Assembly (NCBI RefSeq): GCF_964213995.1
Contig: NC_135812.1
Span: 76,942,001-77,006,000 of the forward strand
DNA from: Mustelus asterias
Taxonomy: Eukaryota
Length of the DNA stretch: 64,000 nt
Direction: 5' to 3'
Shown: positions 13,212 through 23,809 of the stretch, one piece after another
Layout of the letters: each line of letters begins with the position of its first letter
Numbering within the stretch: the stretch's first letter is position 1
The notes under the pieces: generated by a model
What the model saw: the letters and a program-made list of their open reading frames with translations, nothing else
What the model was told of the DNA's origin: nothing
Database searches by the model: none
Position numbers and translations under genes: made by a program

Positions 13212-14290
13212 GGGGGAGGCAGTGGCGTAGTGGTATTGTCAATGGACTGATAATGCAGAGACATGACATGCTTGGCATTTGTCCCCAGAGTAATGTTCTG
13301 GAGACCCGATGGTGGAACTTGAATTTAATAAAAATTTGGAATTAAGAGTCTACTGATGACCATGAAACCATTGTCGATTGTTGTAGAAACATATCTGGTT
13401 CACTAATGTATTTTGTGGAAGGAAATCTGCCGTCCTTACCTGGTCTGGCCTACATCTGACTCCAGATCCACAGCAATGTGGTTGACTCCTAAACATCCTC
13501 TGAAATGGCCTAGCAAGTCAGTCAGTTGTATCAAACCGCTACAAAGTCACTAAAAATAAATAAAACCAGACTGACCACCCAGCATTGACCTAAACACTGA
13601 AAATGACAACGGCAAACACAGCCCTGCCGATCCTGCCAAATTCTCCTTACTAACATCTGCCAAAATTTGGAGAGCTGTCTCACAGACTAGTCAAGCAACA
13701 GCCTGACATAGTTACACTCACAGAATCATACCTTACAGATAATGTCCCAGACACCACCATCACCTTCCCTGGGCATGTCCTGTCCCAACGGCAGGACAGA
13801 CAGCAGAGGTGATGGCACAGTTATGTACAGTCGGGAGGGAGTTGCTCTGTGAGTTCTGAACATTGAGTCTGGACCCCATGATGTCTCTTGGCATCAGGTT
13901 AAACATGGGCAAAGAAATCTGCAGATCATCATGTATTGCGCACCCTCAGCTGATGAATCAGTACTACTTCATGTTGAACACCATGCGGATGGAGCAGTGA
14001 GGATGGCAAAGGCCCAGAGTGTACTCTGGGTGGGGGGACTTCAATGCTCATCACCAAGAATGGCTCAGTAGTATCACCGAAGACCGAGCTAGTTGAATCC
14101 TAAAGGACGTAGCTGCTAGACTGGGTTTGCGGCAGATGGTGAGGGAAAAACATACCTGAGCCCAAACTCACCAATCTGCCACAGATGCATCTGTCCTTGA
14201 CAGTATCGGTAGGAGTGATCACCGCATAGTCCTTATGGAGATAAAGTCCCATCTTCACATTAAGGTTACCCTATATTGTGTTGCACCATT
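13212..14290 (+). mobile_element. 5' part of a LINE with a tRNA-like leader running directly into an APE endonuclease
   Basis: Leader gggaggcagtggcgtagtggtattgtca (A-box-like). EN: GELSHRLVKQQPDIVTLTESYLTDNVPDTTITFPGHVLSQRQDR, VLWVGDFN (frameshifted), DSIGRSDHR. Confidence 0.8.
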
Positions 14291-14445
14291 ACATGCTTGC
14301 CGTTTATCTGTCAGTCATCATCAACTGGTACATTCTCCATGGCAATGCTTCAGCCAGAGTCAACTTGCCAACCAATCAGCACTTTCCTCTTAGACAGTAG
14401 AAATTGTAGTTTTCTCCTTAAACTGGTACTCAGCGGGTATACAGA

Positions 14446-14672
14446 GCAGCATGGTGGCACAGTGGTTAGCACTGCTGCCTCACAGCACCAGGGACCTGGG
14501 GTCACTGTCCGTGCGGAGTCTGCTCGTTTTCCCTGTGTCTGCGTGGGTTTCTTCCGGGTGCTCCGGTTTCCTCCCACAGTCCAAAGATGTGCTGGTTGGA
14601 TGCATTGGCCATGCTGAATTCTCCCTCCGTGTACCTGAACAGACGCCGGAGTGTGGCGACTAGGGGATTTGT
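14446..14672 (+). mobile_element. V-SINE variant (HE1 head and V-domain, different 3' part)
   Basis: gcagcatggtggcacagtggttagcactgctgcctcacag...ccaaagatgtg, then ctgaacagacgccggagtgtggcgactagggg as at 54170-54210. Confidence 0.82.
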
Positions 14673-14679
14673 CGTTCTT

Positions 14680-16178
14680 CTCACTCCAGCTACATCTCAT
14701 TCAGGCATTGTTTGGTACTTGCACACCCCTTCTACTTGCTCAGCATTTTTTTAAATGTACGACTGTGTTGTTGAAGGTCTAACAACATTTGATTCAATTG
14801 TGAAGAGCTTTGATTTTCTGGCACAAAGTTCTTTCAGTGAGTTGAGTGTTTTATTTTTGGTGATGTATTTTTCTTTATGGCGTTCAATCAATGTTTGAAA
14901 CTTTTTCATTTTCTGCCAGAGAGTGCTCATCTCATTGAGGTCAGCATTTTTTTGTTGACATACATTCTATGCAGAACCTCTTTCCCTGTTTTATCTCTGC
15001 CATTGGTACTTATGTGTACCATGAACACTGGTTCCTTCCCCTCCCACTGCACATTCCCCTCCAGCCCTGAGCAGATATCCCAACCCTGGCAAACAACACA
15101 GCTGTCTGGACTTAGACTCCCGACAGTGGGAAACAGTATCTGTCCCCCCCAACTACGCTGTCTCCTATCCTGACCATATTCCTCTTCATACCCCTCAATT
15201 AATGGCATCCTTCACCACGGTGCCATGGTCAGTCCAGTCATTCATGTTGCAGTCCTTCTCCAGATCTACACAAGTAGCAGGCACCTTGTTCATTCATACC
15301 TCTTGGATAAAGTCAAGGGCTGAAACTCCATCGCTACATGCTAGTACCTGCCTGATTTGTCTAATGACAGTTTTGATATGATATCCCTAACCATTGACCA
15401 AGTTCTGTCTAACCCAAGGGGAGCAACTGCTTCCTGCAAAATGCTTAGGTAACTCTTCCCCCTCCCTGAAGTTTCGTAATGCCCCCAACTCAGACTCCAG
15501 CTCAGCAACTCAGAGCTGAAGTTACTTAAGCTGAAGATACTCTCTATAGGCGTGGGTGCCCAGGATTGCAGTGCATCCCACAGATTCCCAAATCTGTAGT
15601 CGTGGCTCACCACCAACCCTGTCATTTCTGCCCAACCTTATTTATTTAATTAGTCAATTTGTTAATAGCTTACACAGTTATTAACTGTAATGTTAATTAA
15701 ATAATTAAAAGTGATGGTAAGTTGCACTTACCTAGCTTGGAGACAAGGAACCAACTACTGGAAGCTGAAATAAAATAGAAAAAAATGTCTCTGTTCCACT
15801 GCATCATATTCCCAACTTCTCACTCCAGCTACATCTCATTCAGGAATTGTCTGGCCCTTACACACCCCTTCTGCTTGCTCAGCTTTTTAAAAAAATGTAC
15901 TACTGTGTTGTTGAAGGTTTAACAACATTTGATTCAATTGTGAAGAGCTTTGATTTTCTGGCACAATGTTCTTCTCTCAGTGAGTTCAGCGTTTTATTTT
16001 TGTGATGTATTACTTTTTTTATGGCGTTCAATCAATGTTTGAAACTTTTTCATTTTCAGCCAGACAGTGCTCATCTCATTGAGTTCAGCATTTTTTTGTG
16101 ATGTTTTCCTATTTCAATAAAGGCACAACAGCTGTTGTCATTTGTGAAAGATTTTGATTTTCTGTTAAATTGTGTACT
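14680..16178. repeat. ~280-bp direct duplication (14680-14955 and 15819-16099) plus further ~100-bp satellite units
   Basis: Both copies start ctcactccagctacatctcattcagg and run through gaagagctttgattttctggcaca...atggcgttcaatcaatgtttgaaac...ctcattgag. Confidence 0.88.
14960..15880 (-). mobile_element. CR1 LINE 5' UTR and ORF1 remnant
   Basis: ORF1-like YLSILQEAVAPL; esterase-like QWEGKEPVFMVHISTNGRDK (cf. V.VH.GTND). Confidence 0.7.
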
Positions 16179-16179
16179 T

Positions 16180-16635
16180 CACACTCTGGAGGGAGGCTGG
16201 GGAACCCCGTTCTCCTTTAGCCTAACCACTGCTGCACTGTACACATGATTAGAGCGATGGAGTACAGGGTTGGTCACTGTGTGTTCTGTTGGACCTGGGT
16301 CTCGCATGCTGGAACCACAACAGCTGACAATGCGAATGGACCTCTTGAGTCTTGGGTCCAGTTTGAACATGGCCTTTGGCATCTCTGCCTCAAGTTCCCC
16401 GCCTGTCACTGAATCACCAGCAGATATCTTTTGGCTGATGACAGAGCCTCGTCAGCTGCAGGTGGCTGAACAGTGGCCTGGTCCCCAGCAGTCCTGAGTG
16501 TCAGAGACCTCAGCTGTCACTTCCTCCACCATCTATGGATCCGTGGATGTGCTCACCAGATTGTGACCATTCTAGAAATTTGATCCACTGGGATGACTGC
16601 GTTGGCACAGGTGGAGGGTGCATGCCATGATGGTG
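16180..16635 (+). mobile_element. Gypsy integrase C-terminal remnant
   Basis: WSTGLVTVCSVGPGSRML resembles the W..G.V....GP.SY.V motif and is followed by a P/S-rich tail. Confidence 0.4.
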
Positions 16636-18575
16636 CATAAGAACATAAAAACTAGGAGCAGGAGTAGGCCATCTGGCCCCTCGAGCCTGCTCCACCATTC
16701 AATAAGGTCAAGGCTGATCTTTTCGTGGACTCAGCTCCACTTACCCGCCCGCTCACCATAACCCTTAATTTCTTTACTGTTCAAAAATTTATCTATCCTT
16801 GCCTTAAAAGCATTCAATGAGGGAGCCTTAACTGCTTCACTGGGCAGGGAATTCCACAGATTCACAACCCTTTGTGTGTGAAGAAGTTCCTCCTCAACTC
16901 AGTCCTAAATCTGTTTCCCCTTATTTTGAGGCCATGCCCCCAAGTTCTAGTTTCACCCGCCAGTGGAAAATACTTCCCTTTTTCTATCTTATCTATTCCC
17001 TTCATAATCTTATATGTTTAGAAACATAGAAAACTACAGCACAAAACAGGCCCTTCAGCCCCACAAGTTGTGCCGAACATATCCCTACCTTTTAGGCCTA
17101 CCTATTAGGCCTACCTATAACCCTCCATCCTATTAAGTCCCATGTACTCATCCAGGAGTCTCTTAAAAGACCCTATTGAGTTTGCCTCCACCACCCCTGC
17201 CGGCAGCCGATTCCACTTGCCCACCACTCTCTGTGTGAAAAACTTCCCCCTAACATTTCCCCTGTACCTACCCCCCAGCACCTTAAACCTGTGTCCTCTC
17301 GTAGCAGCCATTTCCACCCTGGAAAAAAGCCTCTGAGAGTCCACCCGATCTATGCCTCTCAACATCTTATATACCTCTATAAGATCTCCCCTCCCCCTAA
17401 GAACTCCAACGAGTATAGCTCCAGTCTACTCAGTCTCTCCTCATAAGCCAATCCTCTCAACACCAGAATCAACCTAGTGAATCTCCTCTGCACCCCCTCC
17501 AGTGCCAGTATATCCTTTCTCAAGTAAGGAGACCAAAACTGTACACAGTACTCCAGGTGTGGCCTCACCAGCACCTTATACAGCTGCAACATAACCTCGC
17601 TGTTTTTAAACTCCATCCCTCTAGCAATGAAGGACAAAATTCCATTTGCCTTCTTAATTACCTGCTGCACCTGCAAACCAACTCCTTGAGATTCCTGCGC
17701 AAAGACACCCAGGTCTCTCTGCACAGCAGCATGCTGCAATTTTTTACCATTTAAATTATAGTCCATTTTGCTGTTATTCCTACCAAAATGGATGACCTCA
17801 CATTTACCAACATTGTACTCCATCTGCCAGACTCTCACCCACTCACTTAGATTATCTATATCCCCTTGCAGATTTTCAGCGTCCTCTGCACACTTTGCTC
17901 TGCCACTCATCTTAGTGTCATCTGCGAATTTTGACACTACACTTGGTCCCCAACTCCAAATCATCTATGTAAATCATAAGCAATTGCAATCCCAACACTG
18001 ATCCCCGAGGCACACCACTAGTCACTGATCGCCAACCAGAAAAACACCCATTTACCCCCACTCTTTGCTTTCTGTTAGTTAACCAATCCTCTATCCATGC
18101 TAATACATTACCCATAACACTGTGCACCTTTATCTTATGCAGCAGTCTTTGGTGCGGCACCTTGTCAAATGCCTTCTGGAAATCCAGATACACCACATCC
18201 ACAGGTTCTCCATTGTCCACTGCGCATGTAATGTTCTCAAAGAATTCAACCAAATTAATCAAACATGACTTGCCCTTCATGAACCCATGCTGCGTCTTAC
18301 CAATGGGACAATTTATATCCACTATTTCTTCCTTGATGATAGATTCAAGCATTTTCCCTACTACAGAAGTTAAGCTAACCGACCTATAGTTACCTGCCTT
18401 TTGTCTACCTCCTTTTTTAAACAGTGGTGTCACATTTGCTGTTTTCCAATTTGCGGGAACCACCCCAGAGTCCAGTGAATTTTGGTAAATTACCACTAGC
18501 GCATTTGCTATTTCCCCTGCCATCTCTTTTAGTACCCTGGGATGCATTCCATCAGGGCCAGGAGACTTGTCTTCT
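16636..18575 (-). mobile_element. CR1 LINE RT to 3' tail, with a second CR1 3' fragment nested at ~17020-17378
   Basis: [66 protein letters not shown]; two 3' tails (cataagaacataa at 16636 and agaaacatagaaa at 17020). Confidence 0.93.
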
Positions 18576-18845
18576 GGGACTTCTGAGAAACCCTCTTCAG
18601 AAGTGGGGTTGGGCATGGAGCTGTGGCCTCCCTGACTGGCCTTCTTTTCTTGCTGGTACCTTGCTGAAATTTGAGTGATCGATTGACTAAGTAGGTTCCT
18701 TAATTAAATAAATTTCTCACTCAATGTGTCCACTTGACAACGACAGACTGGAGATATCCTCATTCCTGGGACAATTCTATCCTGGCACAGGATAGTGAGC
18801 TTGCTCCTCCCCAGCTAGCTCACTGGCCTGATCCTCAAAAGGGGT

Positions 18846-20230
18846 TGTGGTAACGTGGACCCTTTAAGGGGCGATCCTTTTAAGGCCATGTGATCAGGCT
18901 GGACCCTGTGGGCGTGTATTTTAGTGCCACCCCAGGAGCAACGGCTTTTACTACAGGAGCTTGCATGATGCACACGCTGAACAAAGTAGGATGAAGGCTC
19001 TGGTCTGAAGCTATGCCTGGTGGGCTGGCATTGACAAAGAGATTGAAAGAATGGTCAGCCAGTGCCCGAGTTGCCAAACCCAGCAGTCGATGCCACCACC
19101 AATAAAGATGCATCCATGGGAGTGGCCGGGCTGGTTATGGTCGTGACTGCACATAGATTTCACTGGACTGTCCATGGGACACACGTTCCTCATCCTGGTT
19201 GATGCACATTGAAAATGGTTACATGTCCTGCTATTGAGGGACAGGATCCTACAGCTGCAGTGAATGGAGATTTGGCTGAGCACCAAATTCGCCGTCCTAG
19301 CTGGCAGTGAATGCCTGGAAAAATCCGATCCATTTCTACAATGGCCTCAGCCACCATCCACAGATTGTGACAGATGTTTGCCATCCATGGCATCCCTGAG
19401 GTCTTAGTGTCCAACAATAGCACAGCATTTACAGCTGAGGAGTTCCGCCTACTTGCCAAGTCAAATAGTATATGCTATGCCCGGTCAGCCCCTTACCACC
19501 CAGCCTTGAATGTCTTGGCAGAGCAAGCTGTACAAACATTTAAAGCTTCAATGAAGAAGCAAGCTCAGAGGCCACTGACCTTACATTTAGCGAGTTTCTT
19601 GTTATCATATAATACCATGCCAAACGCTACCACAGGGGTTATGCCAGCCGAGTTATTAATGGGGCACCGCCTATGAACTCAATTGGATTTGATATTTTCG
19701 GATTTGTTGGGGAGGGTGAAGGCTCGGCAAGCCTCCCAGAAAGAACACCACAACTTGAAGAAAGGAGACAGAGCGTTCGAGATCGACAACCTAAACATGG
19801 CGAGAAACTTTGGTGGTGCACTTACCTGGTGTCGGGAAGAATTGTAGAGAGAACGGGACCAGTTTTATAGGCGTTGGAAGTACAAGATTCCTATGTGAAA
19901 AACACGTGGATCATTTTGAGGAAGAGAGCTGAGCCTAATCTAGCGGACCAGCAAGTGTGCCCTGCTACAGACTCGTATATGCCAGCCACACATCCAGGGA
20001 TATCTGCAGCCTTTCTGGAGCCCAGGCAGCCTCCGGCTTCTGTAGCCGAAGAGGAAGAAGCCACTGAGGAAGATGTCACCCTGAGCTGATGAATTTGCCT
20101 TTTGTTTCTGCCGGACTAGATTCATTGCTTGCTGAAGGACGCAGTATGGGTTGTGGCGTCCTGCAAGAATCCAGAAGTCTCCGGACTGACTGACTTTGTG
20201 ACTGGACGTTTTCTATGGTGTCCCTAATGT
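18846..20230 (+). mobile_element. Gypsy LTR retrotransposon remnant: LTR piece plus decayed integrase
   Basis: LTR start tgtggtaacgtg..cctttaaggg matches 26571. HHCC region WWAGIDKEIERMVSQCPSCQ; HPWEWPG; FAIHGIPEVLVSNNSTAFTAEEF; SAPYHPALNVLAEQAVQTFK; TTGVMPAELLMG. Confidence 0.88.
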
Positions 20231-20822
20231 GATATTGGGTGGAATTTTGAGAGATCTTTTTCTAAGTGTGCAGCTAGCATGAAACCGGGAGAGTTCCTGA
20301 TCCGTTTTTTGGGTGAGTTTTAACGCCCAATTTTATTAGTCTTTGAAAATATGGGCTAGACCATTTCTAGCTGCTAGAGGCAGTGGGCGGGGCCTAATTC
20401 ACCAGACAGCCAGCAGCTCAGATCAGAGCCACAAACCGCACATGTGCAGGAAAAGCAGAAGAAACAGCTTTGCTGATAAAACCCTTCTGGGCCAGATACA
20501 GCCTCCCCCCACCCCCTCCATGGACATCAGAGACCGCCTTACACATGACCCCCTCATCACCCCCAATGGCTGACTGACATGACCCCCTCTTTCCCCTGCC
20601 CCTGAACATCACAGAGGCATAAGTCCGCTTCCCCTCACCCCACTCCATCAGCACACCTGCAAGTGCGGTCTTGGCTTCCCTTCCATGGTAACAAGGCAAA
20701 CTGCTTTAAACTCACTGAAATGCGGTGACTCACCCAAACTGACTGCAGCTGATCTGCCCTAACAAGGGACAGCTCCATAAAAACTCCAAGGATGGACAGA
20801 CAGGCAGGCAGTTCAGGAAGAA

Positions 20823-21440
20823 ATGGCTTTGAGGAAGACAGCTCCCCCCACCCCGATTTTCCGATGCTGATCTTGCCAGGTTGCTGTGGAGGTTGCCAGG
20901 AGGCAGTGGCGACAAGTCAGGACACCCTCTTCCTCTCAGCAGGACGCCGTCCCAGAGAAAGGAATGGAAACACAGCCTGGGAGGCAGTGGCGGCATGTGT
21001 TAGTGCCAGGGCACTGGACAGGAGAACCAGGAAACAGTGCCGCAAAAAACTGAATGACCTCATCCGGGCAACAAGGGTCAGTGTTTAACCTCATCCAGCA
21101 TCTTCCCCCTAAATGACCCCCAGATCCCCCCACCCCCAGCACCCTGCATGCTTTCAGCCCCTGACCCCCAAGCCACCTCCCTTCTCCTACCCAAGACTGT
21201 CACAACCCTTGCCCTCTGAGGGCCATCCCCTGATACCCTGCAGGACTCATGCCGTCAAATTTTACATGACTCCTTCTGTCCCCACAGGAGAAGAATGCCT
21301 GTAATCGCCGGGAGAGGGTGAAGACAGGGGGTGGTGTGCCTGAGATCCAGGTCCTCACCCCCTTTGAGGAGCGGGTGCTGGAGCTTGCAGGAGAGGAAGG
21401 GATGTGGACCATTAGTGACAGCATGGTCAGGCTGGAGCAT
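20823..21440 (+). pseudogene. Harbinger Myb/SANT (NAIF1/MSANTD-like) gene, two exons (20823-21076, 21288-~21440), frameshifted
   Basis: MALRKTAP/RFSDADLARLL...NTAWEAVAACVSARALDRRTRKQCRKKLNDLIRATR|gtcagt...cccacag|EKNACNRRERVKTGGGVPEIQVLTPFEERVLELAGEE. Confidence 0.85.
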
Positions 21441-21444
21441 GGAA

Positions 21445-22170
21445 GTGCATGATACTCAGCTGAAGGTCACACAGCAATTGTACATTGTTTGAATGGAAGT
21501 CCTCGCTGTTCATGAATCTTCCTGGATTCTTCACGAGGGCCTTGAGGGCAACATGGGTGCAGTCTATAGTCCCCTGCACATTTGCCATCTCCACAATGGC
21601 CGAAAAACCTGCAGCCTGGACTTCCTGCTGGGCCTAGTCCAAGTTAAATTTAACATATTGGCCAGCCCGGGCATACAGGGCATCCATAACCTCCTTCACA
21701 CACTCGTGGACGGATGGTTGGGAAATGCCATATAGGTCTCCACTGGTGGTCTGGAAGGACCCAGTGGCGTAAAAGCTTAAGGCTGCCATCACCTTCACAG
21801 GTAGGTGCCCCCTGTGCCCTGAGGTGCCAGGTCCTGCAACAAGTGGCACAGTTGTTGCACTGGCTCCGTCTTCAAAAGGAGACATCAGCAGCATGTGAGG
21901 TCCGACAGTTGCTCGAAGGACACTCACGTGCGGAACTGCCGGGGTCTCCACTCCCTCCTTCTCCTGCCCCCTTCCCTCCCCCCCCCCGCCCCCCCCAGCT
22001 CCCCGGGGTGAATGGCAGCCATGTCCTGCCTCCGGTGGCCATCTCCCTCTGCTCCTGTAAGTGGTAAGGCCTGGGCCTCTTCTGCCCACAATTCATTCTC
22101 CAGCTACTCCTCAGCTCCAGCAGTAACCAAAAGAACAGCAAGATCAATGGGTTGCATTGCAAAAGCCATC
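21445..22170 (-). pseudogene. HARBI1-like Harbinger transposase, N-terminal half
   Basis: VKVMAALSFYATGSFQTTSGDLYGISQPSVHECVKEVMDALYARAGQYVKF, then GFSAIVEMANVQGTIDCTHVALK (first catalytic D region). Confidence 0.9.
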
Positions 22171-22249
22171 TTGTCAATCTGAAGGGGGTGTGGAATTGGG
22201 GAAGAGGAGAGACAGATAGAGAGGCTAAAGAACTCTGCTTGCCCCCAGC

Positions 22250-23205
22250 CCAGCAACACACACTCCCCATACCACCCCCCACAGACCCCCAGCAACATAC
22301 ACTCCCCATACCACCCCCCACAGACCCCCAGCAACACACTCCCCATACCACCCCCCCACAGACCCCCAGCAACACATACTCCCCATATCCCCCACAGACC
22401 CCCATCAACACACTCCCCATACCACCCCCCACAGACCCCCCAGCCACACACACTCCCCATATCCCCCACAACCCCCAGCAACATACACTCCCCATACCAC
22501 CCCCCACAGATCCCTAGCAACACACATTCCCCATAACCCCCCACAGACCTCCAGCAACACACACTCCCCCTACCCCTCCCACAGACCTCCAGCAACACAC
22601 ACTCCCCCTACCCCCCCCCCCCCACAGACCTCCAGCAACACACACTCCCCATAACCCCCCACAGACCTCCAGCAACACACACTCCCCCTACCCCTCCCAC
22701 AGACCTCCAGCAACACACACTCCCCCTACCCCTCCCACAGACCTCCAGCAACACACACTCCCCCTACCCCCCCCCCCACAGACCTCCAGCAACACACACT
22801 CCCCCTACCCCCCCCCCAGACCTCCAGCAACACATACTCCCCATAACCCCCCACAGACCTCCAGCAACACACACTCCCCCTACCCCCCCCAGACCTCCAG
22901 CAACACATACTCCCCATAACCCCCCACAGACCTCCAGCAACACACACTCCCCCTACCCCCCCCCCCCCACAGACCTCCAGCAACACACACTCCCCATACC
23001 ACCACCCACAGACCCCCAGCAACACACACTCCCCATACGCCGCACAACCCTCAGCAACACACACTCCCCACACCCCCCCCCCACAGACCTCCAGCAACAC
23101 ACACTCCCCACAACCCCCCCCCACAGACCTCCAGCAACACACACTCCCCACAACCCCCCCACAGACCCTCAGCACCACACATTCCCCATACCCCCATCCC
23201 CCACA
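22250..23205. repeat. C-rich (G-rich on -) minisatellite, ~40-43-bp unit, about 22 copies
   Basis: Unit cagcaacacacactcccc(a/c)ta(c)ccccccacagac(c/ct)c with variable C-run lengths. Confidence 0.95.
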
Positions 23206-23809
23206 GAACCCAGAATGGTAACACAGCCCCCCACCCCCATTCACAAACACACACCCAGAACCCATGCAGCCATGGCCACAGACAGTGCGACTTGTCAAGT
23301 CCTGAGGCTGCGGCACTGCCACTTCAGAAAGTTTTCAGCCCATCCCCCACCTGCAACAGTGCTTGCTGCTGCCAGCACTAGGACCCAGAGTCAGCACTAA
23401 GACCTGAGGTCAGCGCTTTGACCCGGATCTGTGCTGAGAGTCCAAGTTTGGACCCCATGAGCAACAACAGCTCCCCACCCCCCACACACTCTCAGGCCCC
23501 GCAACCCGAAATGCAACATGGCCGCCACGAAACAACCTTCTCTGAGCAGCACAGAGCAGTTTGAATGCAGAGACTTATCTCCTCGCTCACCCTCACTGAT
23601 CAAATGCCTGAATCCAACTTTTATACACGAGATGTTTTCCTGACCAATCCAGCTGCAGTGAACGAGGTCGATAAGGAAGGTGAGCTGGGATGATTGGGAG
23701 TGAAGCTCACTAATTACATTGTGATGAATGCAAAAAAATGCAAATTGACGTTTTGCCCATTTTGGACGGGGTCCCAATTGCACCAATTTCTTTTTCTTGG
23801 TAAAATGGG

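Larger units (their letters stand above)
20237..23800. mobile_element. Decayed, internally deleted PIF/Harbinger transposon with convergent Myb/SANT and transposase genes
   Basis: Left TIR gggtggaatttt; GC-rich subterminal regions; both ORFs are recognisable (next two entries); the right end abuts a CR1. Confidence 0.82.

Noticed and set aside
20823-22170. Domesticated host genes NAIF1/HARBI1
   Set aside because: Frameshifts, stops, an internal deletion and TIR context show a dead transposon.
21872-23322. Gly/Cys/Val-rich keratin-associated-like ORFs
   Set aside because: They are translations of the ~41-bp minisatellite, open in several frames.
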